64,000 nucleotides of DNA from Candidatus Eiseniibacteriota bacterium (GCA_963744995.1 CAVUWA010000010.1:416001-480000); one strand, 5' to 3'; positions 42,602-52,656 are shown, counted from the first letter of the stretch. Made by a program: numbers and translations. Notes: generated from the letters alone by a model not told the origin.

Positions 42602-43591
42602 CTAGGGACCGATCTCGCCGCGATCGGCGCGGAGCCGCTCGAGCGCGCGGGCGAAATCGTCGGGCCAGGGGGCTGTGAAATGGAGGGCATCCCCGCGAAC
42701 CGGGTGCGGGAAGGCCAGTTCCATCGCGTGCAGGGCCTGCCGGGGCAGATCCCGAAGCAAAGCGTCTCGGAGGCTACGCTGCGCGGGGTCGGCGCTCAAC
42801 TGCTTTTTCCCGCGGCCGCCATAGGTCGGATCGCCCACGACCGGATGGCGGAGGTGCGCCATGTGGACCCGGATCTGGTGCGTGCGGCCGGTATCGAGCG
42901 TCACCTCGAGGCGCGTCACCAGGGCGAAGCGCTCGGCCGCCCGCCACCGGGTGCGGGCCGGACGCCCGCCGCGCCGGACCACGGCCATGCGCTTTCGATT
43001 CCTCGGATCGCGCCCGATCGGCGCCTCGATCACACCCTCGTCGCCGCGCGGGTCGCCCCAGACCAGCGCCGCGTAGCGGCGCGTGATGGCGCGCTCGCGC
43101 ATGGCTTCGATCAGCGCCCGGTAGGCACGCGAGGTGCGCGCGATCACCATGAGCCCGCTGGTCTCGCGGTCGAGACGGTGGACGATGCCCGGCCGTCCCT
43201 CGCCGCCGACGCCGGCGAGGCCAGGGTCGCGGTGGAGCAGGGCGTGGACGAGGGTTCCGGTTCTCACGCCGGCGCCGGGATGGACGACCAGCCCGGCCGG
43301 CTTCACGACGACGAAGATCGACTCGTCCTCGTGAACGATCTCGATCGGCAGCGCCTCGGGCTCGAGCGTGGTCACGGCCGGGGCCGGGATGGCGACCTCG
43401 ATCCGGTCGCCGCCCGCGAGGCGCAGCGAGGCGCGGCCCGGCACGCCGTTCACCCGCACGTGGCCCGCCCGGATCAGGATCTGCAACCGGTTACGCGACA
43501 GGTCCGCCTGCGCCGCCGCGAGAAACCGGTCCAGCCGTTCCCCCGCGCTCGGCGCCGGGACCGACAGTTCCAGCATTCGAGGCTTCCGCAT
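42602..43591 (-). CDS. rluD: RluA/RluD-family pseudouridine synthase
   Basis: S4 domain RLDRFL, KPAGLVVHP, HRLDRETSG, TGRTHQIRVH. Confidence 0.9.
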   Translation of the reverse strand: MRKPRMLELSVPAPSAGERLDRFLAAAQADLSRNRLQILIRAGHVRVNGVPGRASLRLAGGDRIEVAIPAPAVTTLEPEALPIEIVHEDESIFVVVKPAGLVVHPGAGVRTGTLVHALLHRDPGLAGVGGEGRPGIVHRLDRETSGLMVIARTSRAYRALIEAMRERAITRRYAALVWGDPRGDEGVIEAPIGRDPRNRKRMAVVRRGGRPARTRWRAAERFALVTRLEVTLDTGRTHQIRVHMAHLRHPVVGDPTYGGRGKKQLSADPAQRSLRDALLRDLPRQALHAMELAFPHPVRGDALHFTAPWPDDFARALERLRADRGEIGP

Positions 43592-44099
43592 GTTCCGGTG
43601 AAGGCCCCTCCGGGGGCGCGACGTCCGCATCCGTGCGGGGCTCTGGATGGCTCGACCAGGTGAGCGCGAACAGGATGACGCCGATCGACACCGCGGCGTC
43701 GGCGACGTTGAAGACCGGCCAGTACCAGCGCTGCGTGCCGATCTGGATGAAATCGACCACTTCGCCCAGGCGCACGCGATCGATCAGGTTGCCGATCGCG
43801 CCGCCGAAGATCAGCGCGAGCGCGAGCTTGCGCTGCAGCCCAGGCACGCGCGAGCGCACGAACAGATACAGGATCGCGACCGCCGCGACGATGGAAAAGA
43901 CGTAGAACGGGAACCGCGTGCCGGCGCCGAGTCCGAACGCGACACCGGAGTTGCGCGTGTACGTCAGCCGCACGTACGGCCCGAGCAGCTCCAGCGGGCG
44001 TTCGAACGCCAGATGCGCCATCACCCACTGCTTGCTCGCGTAATCGAGCGCGATGATGGCGCCCGCGACGAGCAACAGCAGCGGCAGGGATCGTCTCAC
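43491..44099 (-). CDS. lspA: Lipoprotein signal peptidase
   Basis: NSGVAFG, GGAIGNLIDR, VVDF, FNVAD. Confidence 0.95.
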   Translation of the reverse strand: MRRSLPLLLLVAGAIIALDYASKQWVMAHLAFERPLELLGPYVRLTYTRNSGVAFGLGAGTRFPFYVFSIVAAVAILYLFVRSRVPGLQRKLALALIFGGAIGNLIDRVRLGEVVDFIQIGTQRWYWPVFNVADAAVSIGVILFALTWSSHPEPRTDADVAPPEGPSPEHAEASNAGTVGPGAERGGTAGPVSRGGAGGPVA

Positions 44100-45202
44100 T
44101 GAGCGCCCCGGCCGGCCCGCTCCTCTTTCGACTTGCAGGGCACGCACAGCCGCGCGTGCGGGATCGCCTCGAGCCGCGCGCGCGCGATCGGCTGTCCGCA
44201 CGACTCGCACATGCCGTACTCGCCGTTGTAGATCCGCCGGAGCGCGTCGTTGATCTCCAGCAGCAGGCGGCCCTCCGCCGAGGCGAACAGGAACGCCTTC
44301 TCGCGCTCCATCGCGTCGGTGCCGGCATCGGCCATGTGGAACGAATAGCCGGACAGGTCGCCCGCGCTGTCGCGCTGATTCACCTTCAGTACGGTGGTCT
44401 CGAGATGGCCCATGTCACGCAGGATCTTCTGGCGCTCGGCCACGAGACGTTCTTCGAAAACCTTCAGGTCCTGGTCGCTCAAACGTTCGGCTCCTTGGCT
44501 GGCTGTCGTCGTCGGGCGATCGTGGCTCGTACGGTCCGGAAACGCGACGCGGGGCCCGTCGACCTGCTGCGAGCGCCGTACGCGGACACGCGATTCCGGC
44601 GGCAACACGCCCAACGGCCGTACGACGGGCTCGGGGCGCGGCTGCCTCGACTTCGCGGCCTTCGCCGGACGTACGGACTTCGCCGTCTTCACGGGCGCCG
44701 CCTTGGCAGGCCTGGCGGCTTTTGCCGGCGCGGGCTGCTTCTTCGTCTTCACCGTCTGCTGCTCGGTCTTGTTCGCCACTTTCTTCGTCGCTTTCGCGGC
44801 GGCCTTGCGGACCGCCTTCTTCGCTGTCTTCTTCTTCGCGGCCTTCTTCGGCATCGCCTTCTTGCTGGCGACCTTCTTCCTCACCGTCTTCTTCGGCGCC
44901 GCCTTCTTCCTGGCGGTCTTCTTCCTGGCAGTCTTCTTCCTGGCGGCTTTTTTCGGCGCCGCCTTCTTCCTGGCGGCCTTCTTCCTGGCGGTCTTCTTCG
45001 GCGCCGTCTTCTTCTTCACGGCCTTCTTCTTCTTCTTCGTCCCGGCCACCGAGCGTTTCGCACCGGCACGGCGTTTCGCGGGCTTCGTCGCCGCACGCTT
45101 CGCCCCCGCGCGCCGCTTCACGCGCGCCGCAGCGGAACGCCTGCGGGCCGACCTCCCGGACGACGCCTGACGACGTGTGCTGGACTTGCGCTTGGTGGCC
45201 AT
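44096..45202 (-). CDS. DksA/TraR C4-zinc-finger protein with a long Lys/Ala-rich N-terminal extension
   Basis: HMADAGTD coiled-coil tip; YGMCESC...RLEAIP...LCVPC; GGAGG RBS. Confidence 0.88.
   Translation of the reverse strand: MATKRKSSTRRQASSGRSARRRSAAARVKRRAGAKRAATKPAKRRAGAKRSVAGTKKKKKAVKKKTAPKKTARKKAARKKAAPKKAARKKTARKKTARKKAAPKKTVRKKVASKKAMPKKAAKKKTAKKAVRKAAAKATKKVANKTEQQTVKTKKQPAPAKAARPAKAAPVKTAKSVRPAKAAKSRQPRPEPVVRPLGVLPPESRVRVRRSQQVDGPRVAFPDRTSHDRPTTTASQGAERLSDQDLKVFEERLVAERQKILRDMGHLETTVLKVNQRDSAGDLSGYSFHMADAGTDAMEREKAFLFASAEGRLLLEINDALRRIYNGEYGMCESCGQPIARARLEAIPHARLCVPCKSKEERAGRGAQ
44790..45040 (-). repeat. Tandem 15-nt coding repeats (KK[AT]A[RP])
   Basis: Repeated cttcttcctggcgg(t/c) and cttcttcggcgcc units. 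Confidence 0.85.
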
Positions 45203-45239
45203 GGATCAGTCCTCCATATCGACCGAGGTGCGGCCGGGA

Positions 45240-46076
45240 TCAGCCCGTTGAATCGAGCCGCCGGACGATCTCGGTGACCAGTCGGATCAGCGTGGGCGCC
45301 GTGCGCCCCGCCACCGCGATGATCTCCGGGATGTCCACCGGCTTGAGATTGTCGGGAAGGCACGCGTCGGTGACGACATTGAACGCCAGGACGCGCTGCC
45401 CGCCATGCACGGCCGCGATGTTTTCCGGCACGAGCGACATGCCGACGATGTCCGCGCCGATCCAGCGCAGATACCGGTACTCCGCGGCGGTTTCGAGATT
45501 CGGCCCCGGCACCGCGACGAACACGGCGCGCTGCAGAGGCGTTTTCAGATCGAGCGCGGTCTGTTCGGCCAGCTCGATCAGTTTCCGCGAGTACGGTTCG
45601 CTCATGTCCGGAAACCGCGGACCCAGCGCATCGTCGTTCTCGCCGATGAGCGGGTTGTCGCCCATCAGGTTGATGTGATCGGTCGTCACCACGATGCTGC
45701 CCGCCGGCATGTCGGGGTTCATCCCGCCGCAGGCGTTGGTGATGATCAGCGTGTCGCAACCCAGCGCGGCCAGGACGCGCACCGGGAACGCCACCTGCCG
45801 CATCGTGTAGCCCTCGTAGTAGTGGACGCGGCCTTTCATGATGGCGACCGGGCGCTCGGCCATCCGGCCGACGTGCAGCTCGCCGGCGTGGCTCTCGACC
45901 GTGGACACCGGGAAATGCGGGATCTCGCGATACGGGATGACCGTCTCGGCCGCCAGCGTGGACGCGAAGTCGCCGAGGCCCGTGCCGAGCACGATGCCCA
46001 CGCGCGGCACGATCTTCGTGCGTGCGCGGACCGCTTCGGCCGCTTCGCGGATCTGTTTCAGGTACTCAGTCGCCAT
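45240..46076 (-). CDS. Purine nucleoside phosphorylase, trimeric type (Asp specificity residue)
   Basis: LGTGLG, STVESHAG, GRVHYYEG, LETAAE, VGMS, VVTD. Confidence 0.92.
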   Translation of the reverse strand: MATEYLKQIREAAEAVRARTKIVPRVGIVLGTGLGDFASTLAAETVIPYREIPHFPVSTVESHAGELHVGRMAERPVAIMKGRVHYYEGYTMRQVAFPVRVLAALGCDTLIITNACGGMNPDMPAGSIVVTTDHINLMGDNPLIGENDDALGPRFPDMSEPYSRKLIELAEQTALDLKTPLQRAVFVAVPGPNLETAAEYRYLRWIGADIVGMSLVPENIAAVHGGQRVLAFNVVTDACLPDNLKPVDIPEIIAVAGRTAPTLIRLVTEIVRRLDSTG

Positions 46077-46347
46077 GGGCCAGCGCTTCCTCGATCAGGC
46101 GGTTCACTTCCACATCGTCCATCCCGGCGATCTCGATCGTTTTCGATCTCGACCCCGCCCCGCGCGCGACCGATACGCCGCGCGCGTCCACCTTCAACGT
46201 CCTCGCGATCAGCTTCGTGACCGCTTCATTGGCGCGCCCCGCCTCGGGCGCCGCCGTCACCGCTATCTTGAGCGTGCCGTCGGCCATCCGGCCGACCAGC
46301 CGCTCGCGCTTCGCCCCGGGCTGCACTCGGAGACTCAGCCGCGCCAC
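46066..46347 (-). CDS. DUF167/YggU family protein
   Basis: RVQPGA, AAPEAGRANEA, GAGSRSK. Confidence 0.85.
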   Translation of the reverse strand: MARLSLRVQPGAKRERLVGRMADGTLKIAVTAAPEAGRANEAVTKLIARTLKVDARGVSVARGAGSRSKTIEIAGMDDVEVNRLIEEALAHGD

Positions 46348-46393
46348 GCGTGACCTGCGGGGCCCGCGCCCCGGCCGCCGTCCGGCGCCCCGC

Positions 46394-46693
46394 TCACCCC
46401 ATGCGCACCGCCATCTCCTGGAGCGTCGTCACCAGGAAGCGCTGCAGGAAGAAGATCAGCAGCATCGCCACGAACGGAGCGAAGTCGATGCCGCCGACGG
46501 CCGTCGGGATGATCCGCCGGATCGGATCGCAGATCAGCCCGGAGACCCGGTCCAGAAACATCACGATCGGGTTCGACGGATCCGGCCGCACCCACGACAG
46601 CAGCGCATTGATCAGAATGATGATCATGAGCAGCTGGAGCACGATGTTGAGCACTCCGGCCAGCGCGCTCAGCAGGTTTCCGACGACGAACAA
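46394..46693 (-). CDS. YggT family membrane protein
   Basis: LLSWVRPDPSNPIV...PIRRIIP..GGIDFAP. Confidence 0.9.
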   Translation of the reverse strand: MFVVGNLLSALAGVLNIVLQLLMIIILINALLSWVRPDPSNPIVMFLDRVSGLICDPIRRIIPTAVGGIDFAPFVAMLLIFFLQRFLVTTLQEMAVRMG

Positions 46694-46759
46694 TGGCCGT
46701 TCCCTCCCTGGACGGAACGTTCGCGCGGTCGCCACCACCCTCGCGTTCCGCTCACCGCC

Positions 46760-47494
46760 TCATCCATTCACTCCTGCGCCCCCGTCGGGGCGCGGCGCCT
46801 CTCTCGCGCCGAAAATCGCCGTGCCGACGCGCACGATCGTGCTGCCCTCCTCCACCGCCACCTCGAAATCGCCGCTCATGCCCATCGACAGCTCGGGCAG
46901 CGTCACCCCCGTCGACCGCTCGAGCGTGTCGCGCAGCCCGCGCAACCGCGCGAAGTGCGGCCGCGCCGCCTCCGGATCGTCCGAGTACGGCGCGATCGTC
47001 ATGAGGCCGTCGAGCACGAGGCCCGGCAGCGCCGCGACCGCCCCCGCGAGGGGCGCCGCGTCGTCCGGCCGGACGCCGTGCTTGCTGGCCTCGCCGCTCA
47101 CGTTCACCTCGAGCAGCACCGGCAGGCGTCTGCCCAGGGCCATGGCCCGCCGCGACACCGCTTCGGCCAGCGCCAGGCTGTCGAGGCTGTGGACACGGTC
47201 GAACAGCTCGGCCGCGAGGCCCGCCTTGTTCCGCTGTAAATGACCGATCATGTGCCAGCGGACGCCATCGCGCCCGAAGGCCGGGATCTTGTCCCTCGCC
47301 TCCTGCACCCGGTTCTCCCCCAGGTCCAGGAGTCCCAGCGCCACGGCCTCGCGCACGAGACCCGCCGGAACGGTCTTCGTCACCCCCACCAGCCGGATCG
47401 AGCCCGGCTCCCGCCCCGCCCGGGCCGCAGCCCGGGCCAAACGGCCGCGGATATCGTCCAGGCGGCCCGCAAGGGTGGAAAAGGCGCCGTTCAA
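46760..47494 (-). CDS. yggS: YggS/PROSC pyridoxal-phosphate homeostasis protein
   Basis: VGVTK, GENRVQE, WHMIGHLQRNK, LSMGMSGD, VRVGTAIFG. Confidence 0.93.
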   Translation of the reverse strand: MNGAFSTLAGRLDDIRGRLARAAARAGREPGSIRLVGVTKTVPAGLVREAVALGLLDLGENRVQEARDKIPAFGRDGVRWHMIGHLQRNKAGLAAELFDRVHSLDSLALAEAVSRRAMALGRRLPVLLEVNVSGEASKHGVRPDDAAPLAGAVAALPGLVLDGLMTIAPYSDDPEAARPHFARLRGLRDTLERSTGVTLPELSMGMSGDFEVAVEEGSTIVRVGTAIFGAREAPRPDGGAGVNG

Positions 47495-47620
47495 GGGACG
47501 CGCGAGGGTAGTCGCCGGGCCCTCCCGGCGCAAGCGCAATCGGGGCGGAAGTTTCAGGGCCGGCGCGGCCCGCGGCGCCGCCGCGCTCAGGGTGTCGCGC
47601 GCGGCCCGTCCGGCCCGATC

Positions 47621-47652
47621 AAACAGCCCGCGGGCAGGAGGCGCCCGCGGGC
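47621..47652 (-). terminator. Terminator downstream of tmRNA
   Basis: GCCCGCGGGC inverted pair followed by TGTTT on the minus strand. Confidence 0.55.
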
Positions 47653-47664
47653 GCCTTCGAATGT

Positions 47665-48017
47665 TGGTGGAGGCGGCGGGAATCGAACCCGCGTCCGAAA
47701 GTCCTTCCCCAGAGAGTCCTACAGGCGTGTTCGGCCTACTTGAGTCTCGCGCTCAGCCACTCCGACCGACGGGATCGACTGCGCGCCAGCCCGGTGTGAT
47801 CTCGTCCGCCGCCCCCGGGCGAGGCATTGGACCAGCCTGCGTTTATCTGACGCTCGTTCCACATCCCACAGGCGGGCTGTGGACGACCGTCGCTGCTAGT
47901 TAAGCAGCGAGAGCCAACTGCTCATCGGCAGTTGTAAGGTTCCCGCTTTTTTGACGAGGCGCGAGTCCCCGGCCTGCACTTCCTGGTTCTAGACCCCCGT
48001 CGAGACCATTCGCCCCC
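47665..48017 (-). ncRNA. ssrA: tmRNA; tag (A)ADEQLALAA encoded at 47900-47929
   Basis: 5' GGGGGCGAATGGTCTCGAC; 3' GGTTCGATTCCCGCCGCCTCCACCA; tag ending LAA-TAA. Confidence 0.95.
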
Positions 48018-48122
48018 GGAGGTGTGTTCACGCGATCGGGATCACGCCCGGTCGCGCCTTTCGATGCGAACGGCGGCCGCGCGGATGCGCGGGCCGCCGT
48101 CGGCATCGTGTCCCGCTGCGGC

Positions 48123-48557
48123 TCAAAACGGAATGTCGTCGTCCGGCCCGCCGCCGAAATCCTGGCTCCCCATGGAATCGTCGGGAACCGTCACGCCGCC
48201 GCTCTGATCGTCCTGCGTGCGCTCGCCGCGGCCGCCGAGCATCTGCACGCGCTGCGCGACGATCTCGGTGGTGTAGCGCTTCTGGCCCTGCTGATCCTGC
48301 CACTGCCGCGTGCGGATCCGGCCCTCGACGTAGATCTGCCGTCCCTTGGTCAGGTACTGGCCGCAGATCTCGGCCTGCTTGCCCCACACGACGATGCGAT
48401 GCCATTCCGTCGCTTCCTGCGGCTGGCCGCTCTTGTCGGTCCAGCGCTCGGACGTGGCGAGACGGAGATTCGCCACCGCGGTGCCGCCCTGCGTGTACCG
48501 CATTTCGGGATTGGCGCCGAGGTTGCCGAGCAGGATCACCTTGTTCACACCGCTCAT
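48123..48557 (-). CDS. ssb: Single-stranded DNA-binding protein
   Basis: [19 protein letters not shown]-terminal DDDIPF. Confidence 0.97.
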   Translation of the reverse strand: MSGVNKVILLGNLGANPEMRYTQGGTAVANLRLATSERWTDKSGQPQEATEWHRIVVWGKQAEICGQYLTKGRQIYVEGRIRTRQWQDQQGQKRYTTEIVAQRVQMLGGRGERTQDDQSGGVTVPDDSMGSQDFGGGPDDDIPF

Positions 48558-48721
48558 GTCTTGTGTCTCCCGTTCAAAAGCCCCCGTCGCGGGGACTTAC
48601 CTTCAGACAGGTTAGGGGCGGGCATCACGGGTTGCAACCGCAATGCCGCGGACGCGTCGCGCCGCTCGACCCGCCTGCGAGAGGCCGGGCCCCGCGGGTC
48701 CAAGGGGTCCCCGCGCCGCTG

Positions 48722-48751
48722 TTGACGACCTCCCGACCGGCCGCCTATTCT
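48722..48751 (+). promoter_or_regulatory. Promoter of the tRNA cluster
   Basis: TTGACG-18-TATTCT followed by a GC-rich discriminator. Confidence 0.55.
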
Positions 48752-48777
48752 CGCCGCCCGAATGACGCAGGAGTTAC

Positions 48778-48854
<77 letters not shown>

Positions 48855-48934
48855 TTTGGCCCGCCGGTGCTGCCGGCTCAGTCCGCGGAGGGACCTTCCC
48901 GGGCAGAGCCCGCGCCCCGGCCGGCGCGGGCCCC

Positions 48935-49011
<77 letters not shown>

Positions 49012-49055
49012 GTTTCAGGCGGGACGAACCGTGCGCCGGATCGTACCGATCGGGT

Positions 49056-49132
49056 GGTGGATGTAGCTCAGTTGGCAGAGCGCCGGACTGTGGCTCCGGT
49101 TGTCGCGGGTTCGAGCCCCGTCATCCACCCCA
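49056..49132 (+). tRNA. tRNA-His(GTG), with encoded G-1
   Basis: G-GTGGATG...CCGGA-CTGTGGC-TCCGG...CATCCAC-C-CCA. Confidence 0.95.
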
Positions 49133-49160
49133 CTTCTTCTTCCCTCCCGCCGGGAGCCGC

Positions 49161-50576
49161 ATGACGCGACGCGCGAAGATCGTCTGCACGCTCGGTCCCG
49201 CGAGCGACTCCCCCGAGGCCGTGCGCCGCCTGATCGACGCGGGCATGGACATCGCCCGGCTGAACCTGTCGCACGGCACCGAGGCCGAGCATGCGGCCGC
49301 CTGCCGCGCGGTGCGCCAGGGCAGCGACGCTGCGAAGCGCGCGGTCGGCGTGCTCGCCGACCTGCCCGGGCCGAAGATCCGTCTCGACGCCTTCGCCGGG
49401 GGCGGGGCGACGCTCGAAGCGGGCGCCGAATTCGTCATCACGACCCGGCCGCTGCTCGGCGACGCCCGCCGCGCCTCGACTTCCTATGCGAATCTCGCCC
49501 GCGACCTGAAGCGCGGCGACACGGTGCTGATCGACGACGGCAACATCGCCCTCGAGGTGTTGGCGACCGACGGGCGCGAGGTGGTGACGCGGGTCACGCA
49601 GGGCGGACGGGTCTCCGACCACAAGGGCATCAACCTGCCGGGCGTCGAGGTGAGCGCCCCGACGCTCGACGCCCACAACCGCGACCTGCTCGCCTGGGCC
49701 CTCGAGATCGGCGTCGACTGGGCGGCGATGTCGTTCGTGCGCGGCGCCGCCGACGCCGCGGACGCCCGCGCGGTGATGGAGCGGGCGGGGCGCCACGTGC
49801 CGCTGATCGCGAAGATCGAGAAGCCCGAAGCGGTGGACGACCTCGAGGCGATCGTGGATGCGTTCGACGGTCTGATGGTCGCGCGCGGCGACCTCGGCGT
49901 CGAGATGCCGCTCGAGCGCGTGCCGCTCGTCCAGAAGCGCGCGGTGCAGCTCGGACGCGAGCACGGCAAGCCGGTCATCGTCGCGACGCAGATGCTGGAA
50001 TCGATGATCCACTCGACGCGGCCGACGCGCGCCGAGGCCTCCGACGTGGCGAACGCGGTGTTCGACGGCGCCGACGCGCTCATGCTGAGCGGCGAGACCA
50101 GCATCGGCGAGCATCCGCTCGAGACGGTCGAGACGATGGCGCGCATCATCTGCGCCGCCGAAGCGGACGGTCTCGAACGCCTGCCGCCGATCGTGGGCGA
50201 GCCCGCCACGCGCTCGGACGCGATCGCGGCGGCGGCCACGCGGATCGCCGGCGAGATCCACGCGAAGGCGCTGGTCGGATTCACCATCTCGGGCGCCACG
50301 GTCAGGCGCCTGGCCTCGCATCGCGTGCGCACCCCGTTGCTGGCCTTTACGACCGAACCCTCCGTGCGCAGCCAGCTCGCGCTGGTCTGGGGCGTGGAGA
50401 CGTTCGTGGTGCAGCCGCTGGAATCCCTGGACGAGATGTTCGCGCTCGTCGACCGCTCGCTGCTCGAGCTCGGCCGTGGCGCGAAAGACGACTACGTGGT
50501 GCTCGTCGCCGGCATGCCGTCGTGGCGCAAGGGCAGCACGAACACGATCCGCGTGCACAAGCTGGGGTCGATCTGA
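49161..50576 (+). CDS. pyk: Pyruvate kinase
   Basis: KIVCTLGPAS, IAKIEK, MVARGDLGVE, ATQMLESM, MLSGET. Confidence 0.96.
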   Translation: MTRRAKIVCTLGPASDSPEAVRRLIDAGMDIARLNLSHGTEAEHAAACRAVRQGSDAAKRAVGVLADLPGPKIRLDAFAGGGATLEAGAEFVITTRPLLGDARRASTSYANLARDLKRGDTVLIDDGNIALEVLATDGREVVTRVTQGGRVSDHKGINLPGVEVSAPTLDAHNRDLLAWALEIGVDWAAMSFVRGAADAADARAVMERAGRHVPLIAKIEKPEAVDDLEAIVDAFDGLMVARGDLGVEMPLERVPLVQKRAVQLGREHGKPVIVATQMLESMIHSTRPTRAEASDVANAVFDGADALMLSGETSIGEHPLETVETMARIICAAEADGLERLPPIVGEPATRSDAIAAAATRIAGEIHAKALVGFTISGATVRRLASHRVRTPLLAFTTEPSVRSQLALVWGVETFVVQPLESLDEMFALVDRSLLELGRGAKDDYVVLVAGMPSWRKGSTNTIRVHKLGSI

Positions 50577-50864
50577 TCCGCATCGTTCGCGGACGTCGGC
50601 CGACGCATGATTCGGCCTGGCAGGCGCTTCACGGGGATTTTGCTTGACGGGATTTCGCCGTGCGGCCCGCCCGGGTCCGGTGCCGCGCCTCATGCAGCAT
50701 CCAGAAGCGCCCCCTTCGAGGCCGCCGCGCACGAAACCCCTCATGACGGGTTTCGGGTGATTCCGCACGGAGAACCGGGCGCAGCGAGAGGCTGCGGGCC
50801 TCGAAAACCGGTGTGATATGAAGTGAATGCGCCCCCGCGCAGCCCGCCCCCGCGGAGTTTCGCG

Positions 50865-52082
50865 ATGAAGGCCTGTTCTTTGTTTCACCTGTCCGACGGC
50901 GCGCTACGCCGCGACCTGTTCGCCGCCGTCGCGCGGAGTCGCGCCGGCACGGCCATGGAAGTGGCGCACATCGGCGAGTTCGACGCCCGGCGGCTCTACG
51001 CGGCCGAGGGCTATCCGTCGATGCACCGGTTCTGCGTGTGCGAGCTGCACCTGTCCGAGGACGCAGCGTTCCGGCGTATCCAGGTGGCGCGCAAGGCACG
51101 CGAGTTTCCCGCGATCTTCGCGATGCTCGCCGACGGGCGGCTGCACTTGAGCGCCGTGCTGCTGCTGTCGGCGCACCTGACCCGCGAAACGGCCGACAGG
51201 TTGCTGGCGGCCGCCGAGCACCGCAGCAAGCGCGAGATCGAGCAGTGGCTCGCCGAGCGATTCCCGAAGGACGACGTGCCGGAACAGGTGACGCCGATCC
51301 CCCCGGCGACCGACGACCGGCCGGCGGCCGCGGTGCAAGCGGGCGCCCGGGAGTCGGATGGCGCTTCCGATCCGGTCGCGGCGGCTGCCTGCGGCCCGGC
51401 CTCGACCGCGTCCGCAGCGCCGAAAATTGCCTCGATCCTGCAACCCGTTGCAATGCAAGGCCTCCAACTCGCGCCGGAGCGAGTGGGTCGCCGGGAGCCC
51501 TTCCCGCGCGTCACCCCGCTCGCGCCGGAGCGCTTTGCAGTCCAGTTCACGGTGAGCGCAAACGTGAACGAGCGACTGCAGTACGCGCAGGCCCTGCTGC
51601 GCAGCAGAATTCCTGCGGCCGGAATTCCCGACGTATTAGCGCATGCGCTCGAAGCGCTGATCCCGCAGCTCGAAAAGGCCAGGTTCGCGGCGACGGATCG
51701 TCCGCGGAAGCAGCGCGTCGCAGCGCGGGGCCGGACCATTCCCGCCGCGATCAAGCGCGAGGTCTGGAAACGAGACGGGGGCCGCTGCGCGTTCGTCGCC
51801 GGGAACGGCAGGCGTTGCAGCTCACGCGATGCGCTGGAATTCGATCACGTGCAGCCCGTGGCCAGAGGCGGCCGCACGACAGCGGGCAACCTCCGGCTGC
51901 TCTGCCGCGCGCACAACCAGTACGCCGCCGGGCAGGTCTTCGGTGAGGGCTTCATGCACCAGATCCGCGAGCGCGCCGGGCGCGCCGGAACGGAAGACCG
52001 TTCATTCGCTTCCGGCCCTGCCCCCGAAGCGCGCGAAAGCCCTCCCTGCCATCCTGCAGAGAGGGCTCGCGTGTCCGGGTGA
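50865..52082 (+). CDS. DUF222-like / HNH endonuclease
   Basis: HIGEFDARRLY..GYPSM N-domain; RDGGRC...EFDHVQP..GG...NLRLLCRAHN. Confidence 0.85.
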   Translation: MKACSLFHLSDGALRRDLFAAVARSRAGTAMEVAHIGEFDARRLYAAEGYPSMHRFCVCELHLSEDAAFRRIQVARKAREFPAIFAMLADGRLHLSAVLLLSAHLTRETADRLLAAAEHRSKREIEQWLAERFPKDDVPEQVTPIPPATDDRPAAAVQAGARESDGASDPVAAAACGPASTASAAPKIASILQPVAMQGLQLAPERVGRREPFPRVTPLAPERFAVQFTVSANVNERLQYAQALLRSRIPAAGIPDVLAHALEALIPQLEKARFAATDRPRKQRVAARGRTIPAAIKREVWKRDGGRCAFVAGNGRRCSSRDALEFDHVQPVARGGRTTAGNLRLLCRAHNQYAAGQVFGEGFMHQIRERAGRAGTEDRSFASGPAPEARESPPCHPAERARVSG

Positions 52083-52086
52083 AGCG

Positions 52087-52656
52087 TCAGTTCGTCGCAG
52101 CCGAGTCGGAGTGCCGGTCCGCCGGTTCGAAATCCAGCGCCGCGGAGTTGATGCAGTAGCGCAGACCCGTCGGCTTCGGGCCGTCGTTGAAGACGTGACC
52201 CTGATGGCCGCCGCAGCGCGCGCACTCGACCTCCTCGCGCACCATGCCCCAGCTCGTATCGCGCACGATCTTCACGTGGCTCGGGTCGATCGGGGCCCAG
52301 AAGCTCGGCCAGCCCGTGCCCGACTCGAACTTGGTGTCCGAGCTGAACAGCGGCAGGCCGCAGGCGGCGCACACGTAGATTCCCTTCGCGTGGTTGTTCC
52401 AGTACCTGCCGGTGAAGGCGCGCTCGGTGCCTTCCTCACGCAGCACGTGGAACTGTTCGGGGGTGAGCAGTTTCCGCCATTCGGCCCGGGTGTGCTCGAC
52501 GTGGCCGACGGGCGCCGTTTCGCTGGCGGTTTTCATCGTGGCCTCCTTCGCCTTTGCGGGCGAGGCGGCCTTCCCCGGCGAACCGGCGAGCGCCATGGCC
52601 GCCAGCGACAGGATGATCGCGGCGGCGATCACGGTGATCAGGATCCGGTGGGTCAA
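52087..52656 (-). CDS. msrB: Secreted methionine-R-sulfoxide reductase
   Basis: GAAGGAG RBS, TTG start, signal peptide; GTERAF, GTGWPSF, GHVF, RYCINS. Confidence 0.93.
   Translation of the reverse strand: MTHRILITVIAAAIILSLAAMALAGSPGKAASPAKAKEATMKTASETAPVGHVEHTRAEWRKLLTPEQFHVLREEGTERAFTGRYWNNHAKGIYVCAACGLPLFSSDTKFESGTGWPSFWAPIDPSHVKIVRDTSWGMVREEVECARCGGHQGHVFNDGPKPTGLRYCINSAALDFEPADRHSDSAATN

Noticed and set aside
44790..45040. Short tandem repeats as a CRISPR array
   Set aside because: No unique spacers and no cas genes; they are in-frame coding repeats
47900..48106. 68-aa ORF ending ADEQLALAA
   Set aside because: This is the tmRNA tag frame, not a protein gene
52087..52656. Selenocysteine recoding in msrB
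   Set aside because: The catalytic residue is an ordinary Cys (RYCINS) and there is no in-frame TGA
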